Below, piece after piece: positions 51,105 to 61,227 of a stretch of DNA of 64,000 nt (position 1 is its first letter; every line of letters begins with the position of its first letter). This DNA comes from Nitrososphaeria archaeon (lineage in GTDB: Archaea; Thermoproteota; Nitrososphaeria; JACIWG01). The position numbers were made by a program, and so were the translations under genes. The notes under the pieces were generated by a model. It searched no databases. It was not told where the DNA came from and saw only the letters and a list, made by a program, of their open reading frames with translations. The stretch covers positions 1-64,000 of the forward strand of contig CAVVXT010000010.1 of the NCBI GenBank assembly GCA_963752255.1, given 5' to 3'.

Positions 51105-52808
51105 TTGATTGAAGCCTGCCTTATAACTAGTGATATTTTGGGTCCTCAAGAGGGAATAATTAAAATCCTCAAACAGGAAGGAATTGAATTTTTGAGTGTC
51201 ATGCCCGTTGGCAACTTAACCCCCCAAGCTAGCAAAGAAAAACTCCGTATCATCATGATGAGAACTGAACGCTTCGCGGTCGGTCTTGCAGACGGCTACT
51301 CCAGAGCTTCAAACGGGAAGAAGATAGGTGTATTTAACATTCAAGGGGGAGCCTTCCCTGTAGGAGCTGAGATAGCTCAAGGGGCTATAGCCCAAGCCTT
51401 TGAAGACAGCTCACCAATCCTAGGTATAATGGCTGGTCCGACGCTCAGTCAACTCGGGCAGAACCGCTTTGATATAACAAGACAATATTCAGGGATTACA
51501 AAATGGACAGCTTACATCCCTGAAAGTTATCGAATTCCAGAGTTTATGAGGAGAGCATTCACCTACCTCAGAACTGGGAGGCGAGGACCTGTCGTCCTGC
51601 ACTGTTCAAGTGTGAACAGGGGACCTGAAGAACTGAACTGGGGTGACTATGATAACACGAAGTACCCCTACGAACCGGTTAAGGGGTGGCGGTATCCTGG
51701 AGACCCTCGAGATGTAGAGGTGACGGTTAAGGCCCTTCTGGCAGCGAAGAAACCTGTGATATACGCAGGTCAGGGAATCTTCTATGCTGACGCCTGCCAA
51801 GAGCTTGTCGAATTCGCTGAGCTCGTTCAAGTACCAGTAGTGACAACGCTACTGGCTAAGAGCGCCTTCCCAGAGGATCATCCTCTTTCAGTAGGAGTTT
51901 CAGGGCTTCCAGCGGAACATTATATTGGTGGCGCCGACTTGGTCTTTGGCATAGGGGAGAGTCTTTCTCCAGGAGATTTCAAGCACTACTTTGACGGCTC
52001 AGGTAAAACTATAATTCAAGCTGATATTGATGAAAGAGACATTAACATCCGCTATAAGATCGATCACGCCATCGTCGGCGACGCAAAACTCATTCTACAA
52101 CAGCTAATATCAGAAGTCAAAAGACAAGGAAGACAAGGAATCCGAAAGAATGAAAAACTGCAAGATGAGATAAGAGACCTCAAAGCCAAGAAGATGGAAA
52201 AATACAAGCAGGCGATCGAATCAAACGAAAAGCCGATCAATCCATACAGGGTCTACTGGGATTTAATGAACACCATAGATAGGAGGAATTCAGTTATCTC
52301 CCACGAGGCTGGGAGCACTAGAGATCAGCTGAGAACCATCTATGAAGCCATTATTCCAAGAGGCTTCATTGGCTGGGGAAACGCTAGCAGCCTCGGCTTC
52401 GGATTAAGTGCCGCAGCAGGAGCAAAACTCGCTTATCCAAAGAGGGATTGTATCCATGTGACAGGGGACGGAGGTATCATGTATCAGATAGGCAACTTCG
52501 AAGCTCTCGTCAGAGAAAATATAGCAATAACCACAATTCACATCAATAACAGCGGCTTTGCAGGATATGGATCTGGCTTCTGGGGTTCAGGACATAATCC
52601 GGAGACTAGCGCTGTTACATCCTCTACTATACTGAGTACAAGTCGGATAGCTGAGGGATTTGGCGAACATGCTGAGCGGGTTGAAGAACCCGACGAGATA
52701 GCACCTGCCATCAAAAGGGCAATTAAAGTCAATCGTTCAGGAAAGCCTGCGTTGCTTGAGTTCATCTGCTCCCAATACCCAGTCTACGACGATTGGATGC
52801 ACAAATAA
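51105..52808 (+). CDS. thiamine pyrophosphate-requiring enzyme (acetolactate synthase-like superfamily)
   Basis: RTERFAVGLADGYSR, RTGRRGPV, GDGG...NN TPP motif. Confidence 0.88.
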   Translation: MIEACLITSDILGPQEGIIKILKQEGIEFLSVMPVGNLTPQASKEKLRIIMMRTERFAVGLADGYSRASNGKKIGVFNIQGGAFPVGAEIAQGAIAQAFEDSSPILGIMAGPTLSQLGQNRFDITRQYSGITKWTAYIPESYRIPEFMRRAFTYLRTGRRGPVVLHCSSVNRGPEELNWGDYDNTKYPYEPVKGWRYPGDPRDVEVTVKALLAAKKPVIYAGQGIFYADACQELVEFAELVQVPVVTTLLAKSAFPEDHPLSVGVSGLPAEHYIGGADLVFGIGESLSPGDFKHYFDGSGKTIIQADIDERDINIRYKIDHAIVGDAKLILQQLISEVKRQGRQGIRKNEKLQDEIRDLKAKKMEKYKQAIESNEKPINPYRVYWDLMNTIDRRNSVISHEAGSTRDQLRTIYEAIIPRGFIGWGNASSLGFGLSAAAGAKLAYPKRDCIHVTGDGGIMYQIGNFEALVRENIAITTIHINNSGFAGYGSGFWGSGHNPETSAVTSSTILSTSRIAEGFGEHAERVEEPDEIAPAIKRAIKVNRSGKPALLEFICSQYPVYDDWMHK

Positions 52809-53176
52809 AGAATTAACCTTTCTTCTTTCTCTTATTTTCCTCTTTCCATTGATCTTCCAATGAGAAATTATAGATAAGGAGGATGTCTTGCTGAACTCAG
52901 TAACTCTATCTTTGGAGCAGGATGCAGGGGTAGCGCAACACATAATACTATGTCTTGGTCCTCCAAACCGGTTTAAATCCCATTGGTTCCACTTAAGAAA
53001 GGTACAAGTTGGCTTAAACACATATAGTACCTAGCTCTATCTATCATATTATTTAGAGAAAAAAATAGATGCCTGCTAAACTTAGAAGAACCCGGTGTTT
53101 GCCTTTACACTAAATTGTCTTCTCTCTTCTAGTCTCTTAAAGGAAATAAAAATGTTAATCTAACAGTTAAAACCCA

Positions 53177-54256
53177 ATGTCGGTATTGACTATGCAGGAA
53201 GCAAGACTTTACGAAAAGATCAATAACATAAAGATCAAGTGTACAGCCTGTCCGAGGTACTGCAGGTTATCGGAAGGGCAAATAGGATTCTGTGGCGTCA
53301 GAAAAAACGTTGGAGGAAAACTCTTCCTCCTAGTATACGCTAGACCCATTTCACTTAACATGGATCCCATAGAAAAGAAGCCCTTTTCACATTACATGCC
53401 GGGATCGAAGGTCTTAAGCCTTGGGACAGTTGGCTGCGATTGGGCCTGCCAGTACTGCCAAAACTCCGATATAAGCCAGAGGAGGTCCATCGAAGGGTTA
53501 GAAGCTACGCCGGAAAAGCTTATTGAGTTAGCCCTAAGATATGGTTCAGACGGCATCGCCTACACCTACAATGAACCCACGATATTTGTGGAATACGCTC
53601 ACGATACAGGCGTTTTGGCTAGAAAAAAGGGGCTTTTCAACGTCTTCGTAAGCAACGGGTACGCTACCCCAGAAAGCGTCAAGATGATGCTCAATTTCCT
53701 GGACGCGATTACAGTTGACTTCAAAGGAAATGGTGAAAAGCGTTTTTTGCAGAAGTACGCTATGGTAGTCGATCCAGAGCCGATATATCAGACTCTGATC
53801 GATCTAAAAAAAGGCGGGGTTCATATAGAGATCACAGATCTTGTTGTCCCAAAGATAGGAGACGACCTTGGAGAAGCGAGGAAATTGAGCAAATGGATCT
53901 TAGAAAACCTAGGCGAAAATGTTCCAATTCACTTTTTGAGATTCCATCCCGACTACAATATGCAAAACCTTCCCCCTACACCCGATAATACCTTAGTAAA
54001 GCACTATTCCATCGCTAAGGAAGTCGGGTTGAAGTATGTTTATCTAGGAAATGCCCCCGGGCATTCCTATGAAAATACGTATTGTCCTTCATGCGGAAAG
54101 ATGGTTATTGAAAGATATGGATTCGATATTATAAATTGGCATCTCGATGGAGATAACAAATGCCAATACTGTTCGCATCCGGTGGCTATCGTGGGAAGAC
54201 TTAAACAATATAGGTCTCAAGAAAGATTTTTTCCAATAAATTTAAACAAGCCATAG
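53177..54256 (+). CDS. amrS: AmmeMemoRadiSam system radical SAM enzyme
   Basis: CTACPRYC, DPIEKKP, GCDWACQYCQN, YTYNEP, RFHPDY, CPSCG. Confidence 0.9.
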   Translation: MSVLTMQEARLYEKINNIKIKCTACPRYCRLSEGQIGFCGVRKNVGGKLFLLVYARPISLNMDPIEKKPFSHYMPGSKVLSLGTVGCDWACQYCQNSDISQRRSIEGLEATPEKLIELALRYGSDGIAYTYNEPTIFVEYAHDTGVLARKKGLFNVFVSNGYATPESVKMMLNFLDAITVDFKGNGEKRFLQKYAMVVDPEPIYQTLIDLKKGGVHIEITDLVVPKIGDDLGEARKLSKWILENLGENVPIHFLRFHPDYNMQNLPPTPDNTLVKHYSIAKEVGLKYVYLGNAPGHSYENTYCPSCGKMVIERYGFDIINWHLDGDNKCQYCSHPVAIVGRLKQYRSQERFFPINLNKP

Positions 54257-54350
54257 TGAATTCCACTGGAGAATAAAAAGAAACTTCACACAACTTTCAA
54301 TTTCTGAAAACCTTTAATAAATGCAATGTTCCGGAATCTTCGGAAAGCGG

Positions 54351-55160
54351 ATGACGGTTGAGCAGGTAGCTACAGAGAAAGGTTTAGGTTTTTGGAAGTA
54401 CGCTCTCGGACTGGTGGTGATACTTTTTTTTGTGTATTCCCAATACTTATTCAATATTACTGGACTCCTCTACGGCGTTATTCTCGTCTACCTTCTGCCT
54501 TCAATAGTCGTGTTACTAATTACTGGGAGGAGAATACTCGTTAAGGCAGGTGCTAACTTCAAAAAGGCAATCAAATACGGTTTCGGATATTTCGGTATCT
54601 TCAGCGCAGCTGGAATCGGCTTGGCTATCCTTCTTTTAGCACTGCTCTTCGCCTTCGATCCTCAAGTCGGGGAGATATTGAACCGACCGAACCCCCTGCT
54701 TGAAGTCTCACCCAATGTAGCGTGGTTGATGATACTTTTTTCCTTTGTTATCGTAGGGCCGTTTGAAGAATTTCTTTTTAGAGGCTTTGTCTTCGGCGAG
54801 CTATCGGAAATCTTGAAAAACAGGCACTGGATCATTTCAGCTCTTATTGCATCAATAATCTTTGCAATGCTCCATCTCTACTATTTGATAATATATGGGA
54901 TAGCTTCTATAATACAGTTATCTCAGATCGTAATGTTTGGTCTTGGAATGAGTGGAGCCTATTATAAGTCTAAGGGAAACTTGGTCGTACTAGCCTTGAT
55001 CCACGGTGCTTTTGACGCAACAAGCTACCTGATCCTCGCGATCCCCAACAACATATTCATAGGGATAGGGCTTAAGTTTGCGCTGATACTTGTCAGCGTG
55101 TTTGTGGGCATTTTTACTGTTTTGGGAAAGAAGCCGTCTGATAGCTCGATAGCGCCTTAG
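54351..55160 (+). CDS. CPBP (CAAX protease/Abi) intramembrane metalloprotease
   Basis: EEFLFRG, FAMLH, IHGAFD and multiple TMs. Confidence 0.9.
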   Translation: MTVEQVATEKGLGFWKYALGLVVILFFVYSQYLFNITGLLYGVILVYLLPSIVVLLITGRRILVKAGANFKKAIKYGFGYFGIFSAAGIGLAILLLALLFAFDPQVGEILNRPNPLLEVSPNVAWLMILFSFVIVGPFEEFLFRGFVFGELSEILKNRHWIISALIASIIFAMLHLYYLIIYGIASIIQLSQIVMFGLGMSGAYYKSKGNLVVLALIHGAFDATSYLILAIPNNIFIGIGLKFALILVSVFVGIFTVLGKKPSDSSIAP

Positions 55161-55168
55161 TCTTTTTT

Positions 55169-57136
55169 TTAGTTCATTATTTTACCTGTATCCCCTGTTG
55201 CACTATAACCTTTGAACATCTGCGGAAGCAGTGTCTGAAACTCCTTTGACCTCAAACATTTGATGAAATCTTCTATTCCAGGTTTTTTGAGGCGCTCCCT
55301 TAGTACTACGAAGTCGTACTCCTCTTCAGTAAGGAAGGTGAACCCGAGACCATATTTTTCAGCGTAGAACCTCAGCCCTACTCCAGCATCAGCCCTTCCT
55401 TGGACAACAGCTAAGGCGACCGCCGAATGCGTTTTAGCTTCATAGTTATATCCGTTTATCTTCTTCACCATCCTGTTAAAGTCTTCCCCCCTTTTTGAGG
55501 CTATCTTCTTAAGCGCATAGTCGAAGAATGTTCTTGTGCCTGAGCCCTTGTTTCTGTTGATAATAATAACCTTAGATTTTAACATGTCTTCGATAGAAGA
55601 GAACCTTTTTTGATTTTCCTTTAAGGTCAGGATACCCTGTTCACGTTTGTATCCCTTTACTAGTACAGCAATATCTTTTAGATCGAACTTGTTTAGGAAA
55701 GGAATGTTGTATTGAAGCCTATCTTCATCAAGCAGGTGTGTACCGGCGATGTCCGCCTCTTTCCTCTTTATCGCATTCCACCCTGAAAGGGAACCTAAGT
55801 TTATGATCTTAGCCGTGCGTTTTGTTGGGAATAGGCTTAGAATTAGTTCGACAGCGGGGCAATGGCTTCCTATAATGTTTAGGTCAGGTATCCTTAGCTG
55901 ATCAGAAAAGAGGCTAACGCAGACATCTTCGTTCTCTTCAATAAATTCGATATTCTCAGGAATATCGATAAAGCCGTCACTATAGTTCAGAGTGGATACA
56001 GAGCCCGAGCTTCCAGGCGTCGGATACGCGATGTATACGCCACCATTATCTATGACACTCACTGGAATAAGGGATCTTTTGCCCTTCGCATTAAATATCC
56101 TGAACGGCACCTTTGCGGCTAATGTCCTCCCAGATACGTTTTCGTAACCGCCCATCTTTTTAAGAACAGGCACCACCATAGCTGTAAAGACCATCATAGC
56201 TGACACAGGGAAACCTGGAAGGCCAAAAAGCAGCTCCCCCCTCGCGACTGCGACGATTGTTGGTTTACCCGGTTTTATCTTCAAGCCATGGACCAGGACG
56301 CCTGGCCTCCCAATCGAATCAAACACCCTGTACATGATGTCACCAAGCCCCGCAGAAGTGCTTCCTGAAGTTAACACCATATCATTTTTATTTAAAGCAT
56401 CACTTACTGCCTTCAACATCGTGTCGTAGGTGTCTGGCAGAATCCCTAAGAAATATGGCTCTCCACCACATTCACTTATCATCGAACATATTGCCGGGCC
56501 ATTTGCGTCGTAGATCTTACCTGGAATAAGGCTTTTTCCTTGCTCCATAACTTCGTTGCCCGATGAGAAGAGCCCGATCTTTGGCCTTCTGTATACAATA
56601 ACTTTTTCGAATCCTAGAGCTGAAAGCGAAGCTATTTCTCTTGATGTAAGCGTAACCCCATTTCTGAGGAACAGGTCGCCGAGTACATAGTCTGAACCTG
56701 CCTGAGCGATGTTTTCGCCATGAACTATTGATCTGTATATGTAAACGTTTGAACCTACTTCCTTTGTGTACTCCACCATGACAACAGAATCCGCTCCCTT
56801 AGGCAAAGGTGCTCCTGTCGAGATACTCATACATTCGTTATTGTGAATTTCCTTGGTGGGCATCTTTCCTACTTCTGAGAAACCTGTGATCTTCAATTCT
56901 GCAGGACTGCCTTCTTCAGCATCTGAGACGTCGTCAGCGGAAACAGCGAAGCCATCCACTTCTGACCTATCGAAAGGTGGAGAATCGATTGGAGCGAAGA
57001 CGTCCTCGGCCAAGACGCGTCCAAGAGAATTTATCAGATCAACCTTCTCTTTTCCCTTAGGTTCGAGATCAACAGCTTGCCCTATGATTTTTTGAGCTTC
57101 TTCGATAGATAAAAGGTTATGGAAGATCTTAGCCAA
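55169..57136 (-). CDS. moeA: molybdopterin biosynthesis MoeA fused to a periplasmic-binding-protein-like domain
   Basis: PPFDRSEVDGFA, IKPGKPT, GLPGFPVS; C-terminal GSHC, GTHL, NRNKGSGTR, EEYD. Confidence 0.93.
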   Translation of the reverse strand: MAKIFHNLLSIEEAQKIIGQAVDLEPKGKEKVDLINSLGRVLAEDVFAPIDSPPFDRSEVDGFAVSADDVSDAEEGSPAELKITGFSEVGKMPTKEIHNNECMSISTGAPLPKGADSVVMVEYTKEVGSNVYIYRSIVHGENIAQAGSDYVLGDLFLRNGVTLTSREIASLSALGFEKVIVYRRPKIGLFSSGNEVMEQGKSLIPGKIYDANGPAICSMISECGGEPYFLGILPDTYDTMLKAVSDALNKNDMVLTSGSTSAGLGDIMYRVFDSIGRPGVLVHGLKIKPGKPTIVAVARGELLFGLPGFPVSAMMVFTAMVVPVLKKMGGYENVSGRTLAAKVPFRIFNAKGKRSLIPVSVIDNGGVYIAYPTPGSSGSVSTLNYSDGFIDIPENIEFIEENEDVCVSLFSDQLRIPDLNIIGSHCPAVELILSLFPTKRTAKIINLGSLSGWNAIKRKEADIAGTHLLDEDRLQYNIPFLNKFDLKDIAVLVKGYKREQGILTLKENQKRFSSIEDMLKSKVIIINRNKGSGTRTFFDYALKKIASKRGEDFNRMVKKINGYNYEAKTHSAVALAVVQGRADAGVGLRFYAEKYGLGFTFLTEEEYDFVVLRERLKKPGIEDFIKCLRSKEFQTLLPQMFKGYSATGDTGKIMN

Positions 57137-57138
57137 AA

Positions 57139-58422
57139 TTATCCCTCCAAAGGCTGGAAAAGGAGTACATCGACGGATTCACCTTCATCATAGCCTTCCA
57201 ATCCTTCTTCCATAATAAGTAACCCGTTTCCTCTAGTTAGCGAAGAAAGAAGGCCGGAGCCTGTAAGCCTCATAGGTTCAACGGAAAATCCACCTTTATC
57301 ATATTTCTCAACTTTAACCCTTACGAAAGCTTTGACGCCCACTGGTTTTACCAGCCGCCTGGTCAGGCAAGCTTTGATGACAGGATAGCTGAGAGGTTTA
57401 GAACCTCTTAGAAAGTTAATAGCAGGTTTTACAAAGACTTCAAAGCCGGTGAAAGCAGCTACGGGATAACCTGATAGCATGAACACCGGCTTTCCCTGAA
57501 CAAGAGCTAAACCTGTGGGACGACCGGGTCGCATCCTAACACCATAAAATAAAACTGATGAATCATCTATCTTTGTGACAGCTTCCTTAACCAAATCTGT
57601 GGCTCCAACACTTGTGCCCCCCGTTGTAGCAATAGCGTCAACGCCTGATGACGCTTCCGAAATCTTTGAACTGATGATTTCAACGTCATCCTCCACAACT
57701 CCGAGGTCGACTGGTTCACAAAATTCTTCACAGGACATTGATAGTATAAGGGGTTTTGTCGAATCAATCACGCTTTTGTTCTGATACGTGGAATATTTCA
57801 GTTCACTTCCCGTTGAGAGAACGCCGACCCTTAATCTTCTAAATACCTTTATCTTCCTACTTCCTGTTGACAAAAGCGCTGCAAGATGCCATGGTCTAAT
57901 AAGCACACCTTTTTCAACAACGACTGATCCCTTTACAAAGTCTTCACCTCTTCTAGACACATTCAGCCATTGGGGAACACTCCTGTACACAAGAACCGAG
58001 GAACCTTCTAACTTAGTGTCTTCAACCATGACGACAGCATTTGAATTGGAAGGAAGAGGTGAACCCGTATAGACTATGGCAGCTTCGTCATTACATAAAG
58101 GCCTAATTTTTTCTTTCGGAGCATCGATGCGTATTTCCTGTATTACTCTTAATACAGTTGGGTTGGTGGTTGAACTGCTTAATACATCCTCTGAGATAAC
58201 GGCGTATCCGTCCACTGCACTTTTATCGTACTTTGGAGAATCGAACTGTGAAAGCACCTGTTCCGCACAGAAATGATGAAGTGAATCTGAAACTGCAATT
58301 TCTGAAACACCTAGGTCAGGTTTCTTAAGAGATTTAAACATCAGATCCATAGATTCTTCAACGCCTCTAAGAACCTTAAAGGATCTAACCTTATCGTACA
58401 TTTTTCCTATCATATCTCCCAA
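57139..58422 (-). CDS. moeA: molybdopterin molybdotransferase MoeA
   Basis: SAVDGYA, STGSEL, TGGTSVG, MRPGRPT, SGYP. Confidence 0.93.
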   Translation of the reverse strand: MGDMIGKMYDKVRSFKVLRGVEESMDLMFKSLKKPDLGVSEIAVSDSLHHFCAEQVLSQFDSPKYDKSAVDGYAVISEDVLSSSTTNPTVLRVIQEIRIDAPKEKIRPLCNDEAAIVYTGSPLPSNSNAVVMVEDTKLEGSSVLVYRSVPQWLNVSRRGEDFVKGSVVVEKGVLIRPWHLAALLSTGSRKIKVFRRLRVGVLSTGSELKYSTYQNKSVIDSTKPLILSMSCEEFCEPVDLGVVEDDVEIISSKISEASSGVDAIATTGGTSVGATDLVKEAVTKIDDSSVLFYGVRMRPGRPTGLALVQGKPVFMLSGYPVAAFTGFEVFVKPAINFLRGSKPLSYPVIKACLTRRLVKPVGVKAFVRVKVEKYDKGGFSVEPMRLTGSGLLSSLTRGNGLLIMEEGLEGYDEGESVDVLLFQPLEG

Positions 58423-58476
58423 AGTTCTGACGTCATCCCATGTATCTTTCTTACGCTAGATTATAGAATTAATTTA

Positions 58477-59529
58477 CTACCTACCTTTTATTTTTTGAGC
58501 GGTTTCCGTAATTATTCCCAACGCCTTGTAGATGTCTTCTCTTTCTATTCCCCTATGAGTAACCATCCTAATGTCCTTGTCGCTAACCGACAGCGACAAA
58601 ACACCTTGAGCCTTTAAAGCGGAGGTGAATTTATTTGAAGATACACCCAAACTGCTTACATCAAATTTGACCATGTTAGTCTGCACAGCTTTCATGTTAA
58701 CCGATAAGCCTTCCATCTTTGCTAACCCTTCAGCCAACAATCGGGCGTTTCTATGGTCGTCTTCAAGTCTGCTAATCATCTTTTCTAACGCAATTATTCC
58801 GGGGGCGGCAACGATTCCAGCTTGGCGCATACCTCCACCGAGAACCTTCCTAACCTTCCTTGCCCTATCAATAAAGTCTTGGCTTCCAACAACAATTGAG
58901 CCGATAGGACAACTTAATCCTTTTGAAAGACAGAACATCATGTTATCGACGTACTTCGTAAAGTTCTTCACGTCGATTTTGAGCGCCACCGAAGCATTGA
59001 ATATTCGGGCGCCGTCCATGTAAAGTTTCAGATCGTGAGACCGTGTGACTTCACTTATAGATTTTATCTGTTCAGGTGTTGCAATTGTTCCACCTGCCCT
59101 GTTGTGAGTATTTTCGATTTCGACCAAGGTCGTTTCTGGAAAGTGAATATCTTTAGGTCTTATCGCTGCTTCAACGTCTTTTGGATCGAGAACCCCTAAA
59201 TTACCTTTGATCGTGTAGGGCACAATGCCACCGATTGCGCATAGACCTCCTACTTCATAGTAGAAAACATGTGCTTCAGCCTCCAATATTACCCCGTCAC
59301 CTCTTTTGGTGTTACTCATCATCGAGACCAGGTTGGCTTGAGTTCCACTTGTCACCAGTAAAGAGGCTTCCTTACCCATTTTCTCAGCAGCCATTTCCTC
59401 AAGTTTTTTTACAGTGGGATCTTCCCTAAAGACGTCGTCGCCGAGCTTAGCGTGCCTAATGGCTTCAAGCATTTCATCAGTCGGTAGGGTCACCGTATCA
59501 CTTCTTAGATCAATGATTTCTTCCACCAT
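58477..59529 (-). CDS. ltaE: low-specificity L-threonine aldolase
   Basis: DLRSDTVT, GDDVFREDPT, SGTQAN, ENTHN, DGARIFNA, CLSKGL, GGGMRQAG. Confidence 0.95.
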   Translation of the reverse strand: MVEEIIDLRSDTVTLPTDEMLEAIRHAKLGDDVFREDPTVKKLEEMAAEKMGKEASLLVTSGTQANLVSMMSNTKRGDGVILEAEAHVFYYEVGGLCAIGGIVPYTIKGNLGVLDPKDVEAAIRPKDIHFPETTLVEIENTHNRAGGTIATPEQIKSISEVTRSHDLKLYMDGARIFNASVALKIDVKNFTKYVDNMMFCLSKGLSCPIGSIVVGSQDFIDRARKVRKVLGGGMRQAGIVAAPGIIALEKMISRLEDDHRNARLLAEGLAKMEGLSVNMKAVQTNMVKFDVSSLGVSSNKFTSALKAQGVLSLSVSDKDIRMVTHRGIEREDIYKALGIITETAQKIKGR

Positions 59530-59597
59530 CTTAGCACCACCCATTAACTAAAAAAGACCTCACATAAATCATTATTGCTGAATTAAACTGTTATTGG

Positions 59598-60107
59598 TTA
59601 TACTTTGATAGGAAGCTCTTTGCAAGAGTCTATGATTATCTTACTCGCTGTAAGCATCCATAAAACCTCCTCTTTGGAAACAGGTAGATCTGCAATGGAT
59701 CTTAACCTAATAGAGTTCATATGCTCGACAGATTCATAAAAGGATAAACGGATACCTTTTGAAATTATCACAAAGGACATGTCCATTATGTTTAAATCTT
59801 GAGGGAATTGGATATTCAAATAGTTCAAAATCTTTGCTAGAACATCTTTTACAGACGAATAGCTGTGTGAAATAGAACTCTTGTAGTCCATAATTTCATA
59901 TTCACTCTTGGCCTGATTGTAGGACATCGTAGCTTCATTTATATCGATCGTAACAAAATATTTCATCCCTGAAGACATAGTGTGTGGGGCTGAGGGAGCA
60001 GGTTTCAACATCTTCTTAACGGCTCCATATGTTAAAGCTACAGCCAACATTACACCAAACGTTACGGTACTCCATTGAAAGATCACCACATAGTCTATCT
60101 GAAACAC
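59598..60107 (-). CDS. membrane-anchored hypothetical protein
   Basis: N-terminal TM followed by a predicted helical domain. Confidence 0.6.
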   Translation of the reverse strand: MFQIDYVVIFQWSTVTFGVMLAVALTYGAVKKMLKPAPSAPHTMSSGMKYFVTIDINEATMSYNQAKSEYEIMDYKSSISHSYSSVKDVLAKILNYLNIQFPQDLNIMDMSFVIISKGIRLSFYESVEHMNSIRLRSIADLPVSKEEVLWMLTASKIIIDSCKELPIKV

Positions 60108-60325
60108 TTATCAGTCAACGTACAACTTAATATGTTGCTAAAAAACTTTTATATCATACATCCGTAAAACATAAATGGCGTTGATGAAGAATCAGAGTTA
60201 TTGAAAACATTAATGATCTTAAGGCATTTGTCCGAGACGCCACCTTCAAAACTAACTATCGAAAAATGATCGCTTTTATTAGTTTATATAAAGCATGGAA
60301 GAAGACTTTAAACCAAACAATATTT

Positions 60326-61174
60326 TTAGATTTTCGCCGATACTATATCCCAGAGAGTTTTAATGTCATTTAAACATTGTTCCACAGAATCTTGTGGTGT
60401 TTCTATTATTATAGGAAGGTCTCTGATCTCCTTGACTGATAAGAATGATTTAAATCCTTCTAACCCAATTTTACCCGCTCCTATATGCTCATGTCTATCA
60501 AGGTGATCGTTAAGATCGCCTTTAGAATCGTTTGAGTGGATCATCTTCAGTCTATCTAATCCAATAACGTCTTCAAAATCTTTAATGAAAGAATCGACCT
60601 TTTGTGCAGAACGGATGTCATATCCTGCCGCGAAACCGTGGCATGTATCGTAACATAAACCGATTCGCTTTTGATCTTCCACGAGGCTTAGACAACGTCT
60701 CAATTGTTCAAACGTGTGTCCAACACTGTTTTTCTGGCCTGCGGTATTTTCAAGTAATAACATTGAGTTGCCTTTAGATTCTTTAATAGCTCTATTGCAC
60801 GCGCTGGTTACACGCTCTATTCCCTCCTCTTCTGATGTTCCCATATGGCTACCTAAATGAGTGACAAGGTAAGGGATTCTGAGACAGTGACATTTTTGAA
60901 GCTCTTCAGCTAAAATGTTAACGGATCTTTCATAGTTATTTGCATCTGGTGAAGCTATATTTGGAAGATAGGGCATGTGTGCGATGGGGAAAAGTTTCGT
61001 CCGATTGAGTTCTGAGATAAAATCTTTAAAGTCTTTTTTCTCCAACTTTTTAGCCTTCCATCCTCTTGGGTTCCTTGTAAACATCTGAAAGGCGGTACAG
61101 TTGATTGACCTAGCCCTTTCGAATGCATTACACAACGCGCCTTGAATGGAGACATGAGCGCCTATAAGAGGCAT
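60326..61174 (-). CDS. nfo: endonuclease IV
   Basis: GAHVS, HMPY, HLGS, ENTAG, DTCH, HSNDS, DRHEHIG, ETP. Confidence 0.95.
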   Translation of the reverse strand: MPLIGAHVSIQGALCNAFERARSINCTAFQMFTRNPRGWKAKKLEKKDFKDFISELNRTKLFPIAHMPYLPNIASPDANNYERSVNILAEELQKCHCLRIPYLVTHLGSHMGTSEEEGIERVTSACNRAIKESKGNSMLLLENTAGQKNSVGHTFEQLRRCLSLVEDQKRIGLCYDTCHGFAAGYDIRSAQKVDSFIKDFEDVIGLDRLKMIHSNDSKGDLNDHLDRHEHIGAGKIGLEGFKSFLSVKEIRDLPIIIETPQDSVEQCLNDIKTLWDIVSAKI

Positions 61175-61227
61175 TTTATCACAATAGAGATGTATTCAAA
61201 AATATATAGGTTTTGCAATAGAAAAAA

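Noticed and set aside
55169-58422. Tandem moeA genes and the MoeA-PBP fusion as a novelty
   Set aside because: A common, well-known arrangement in archaea.
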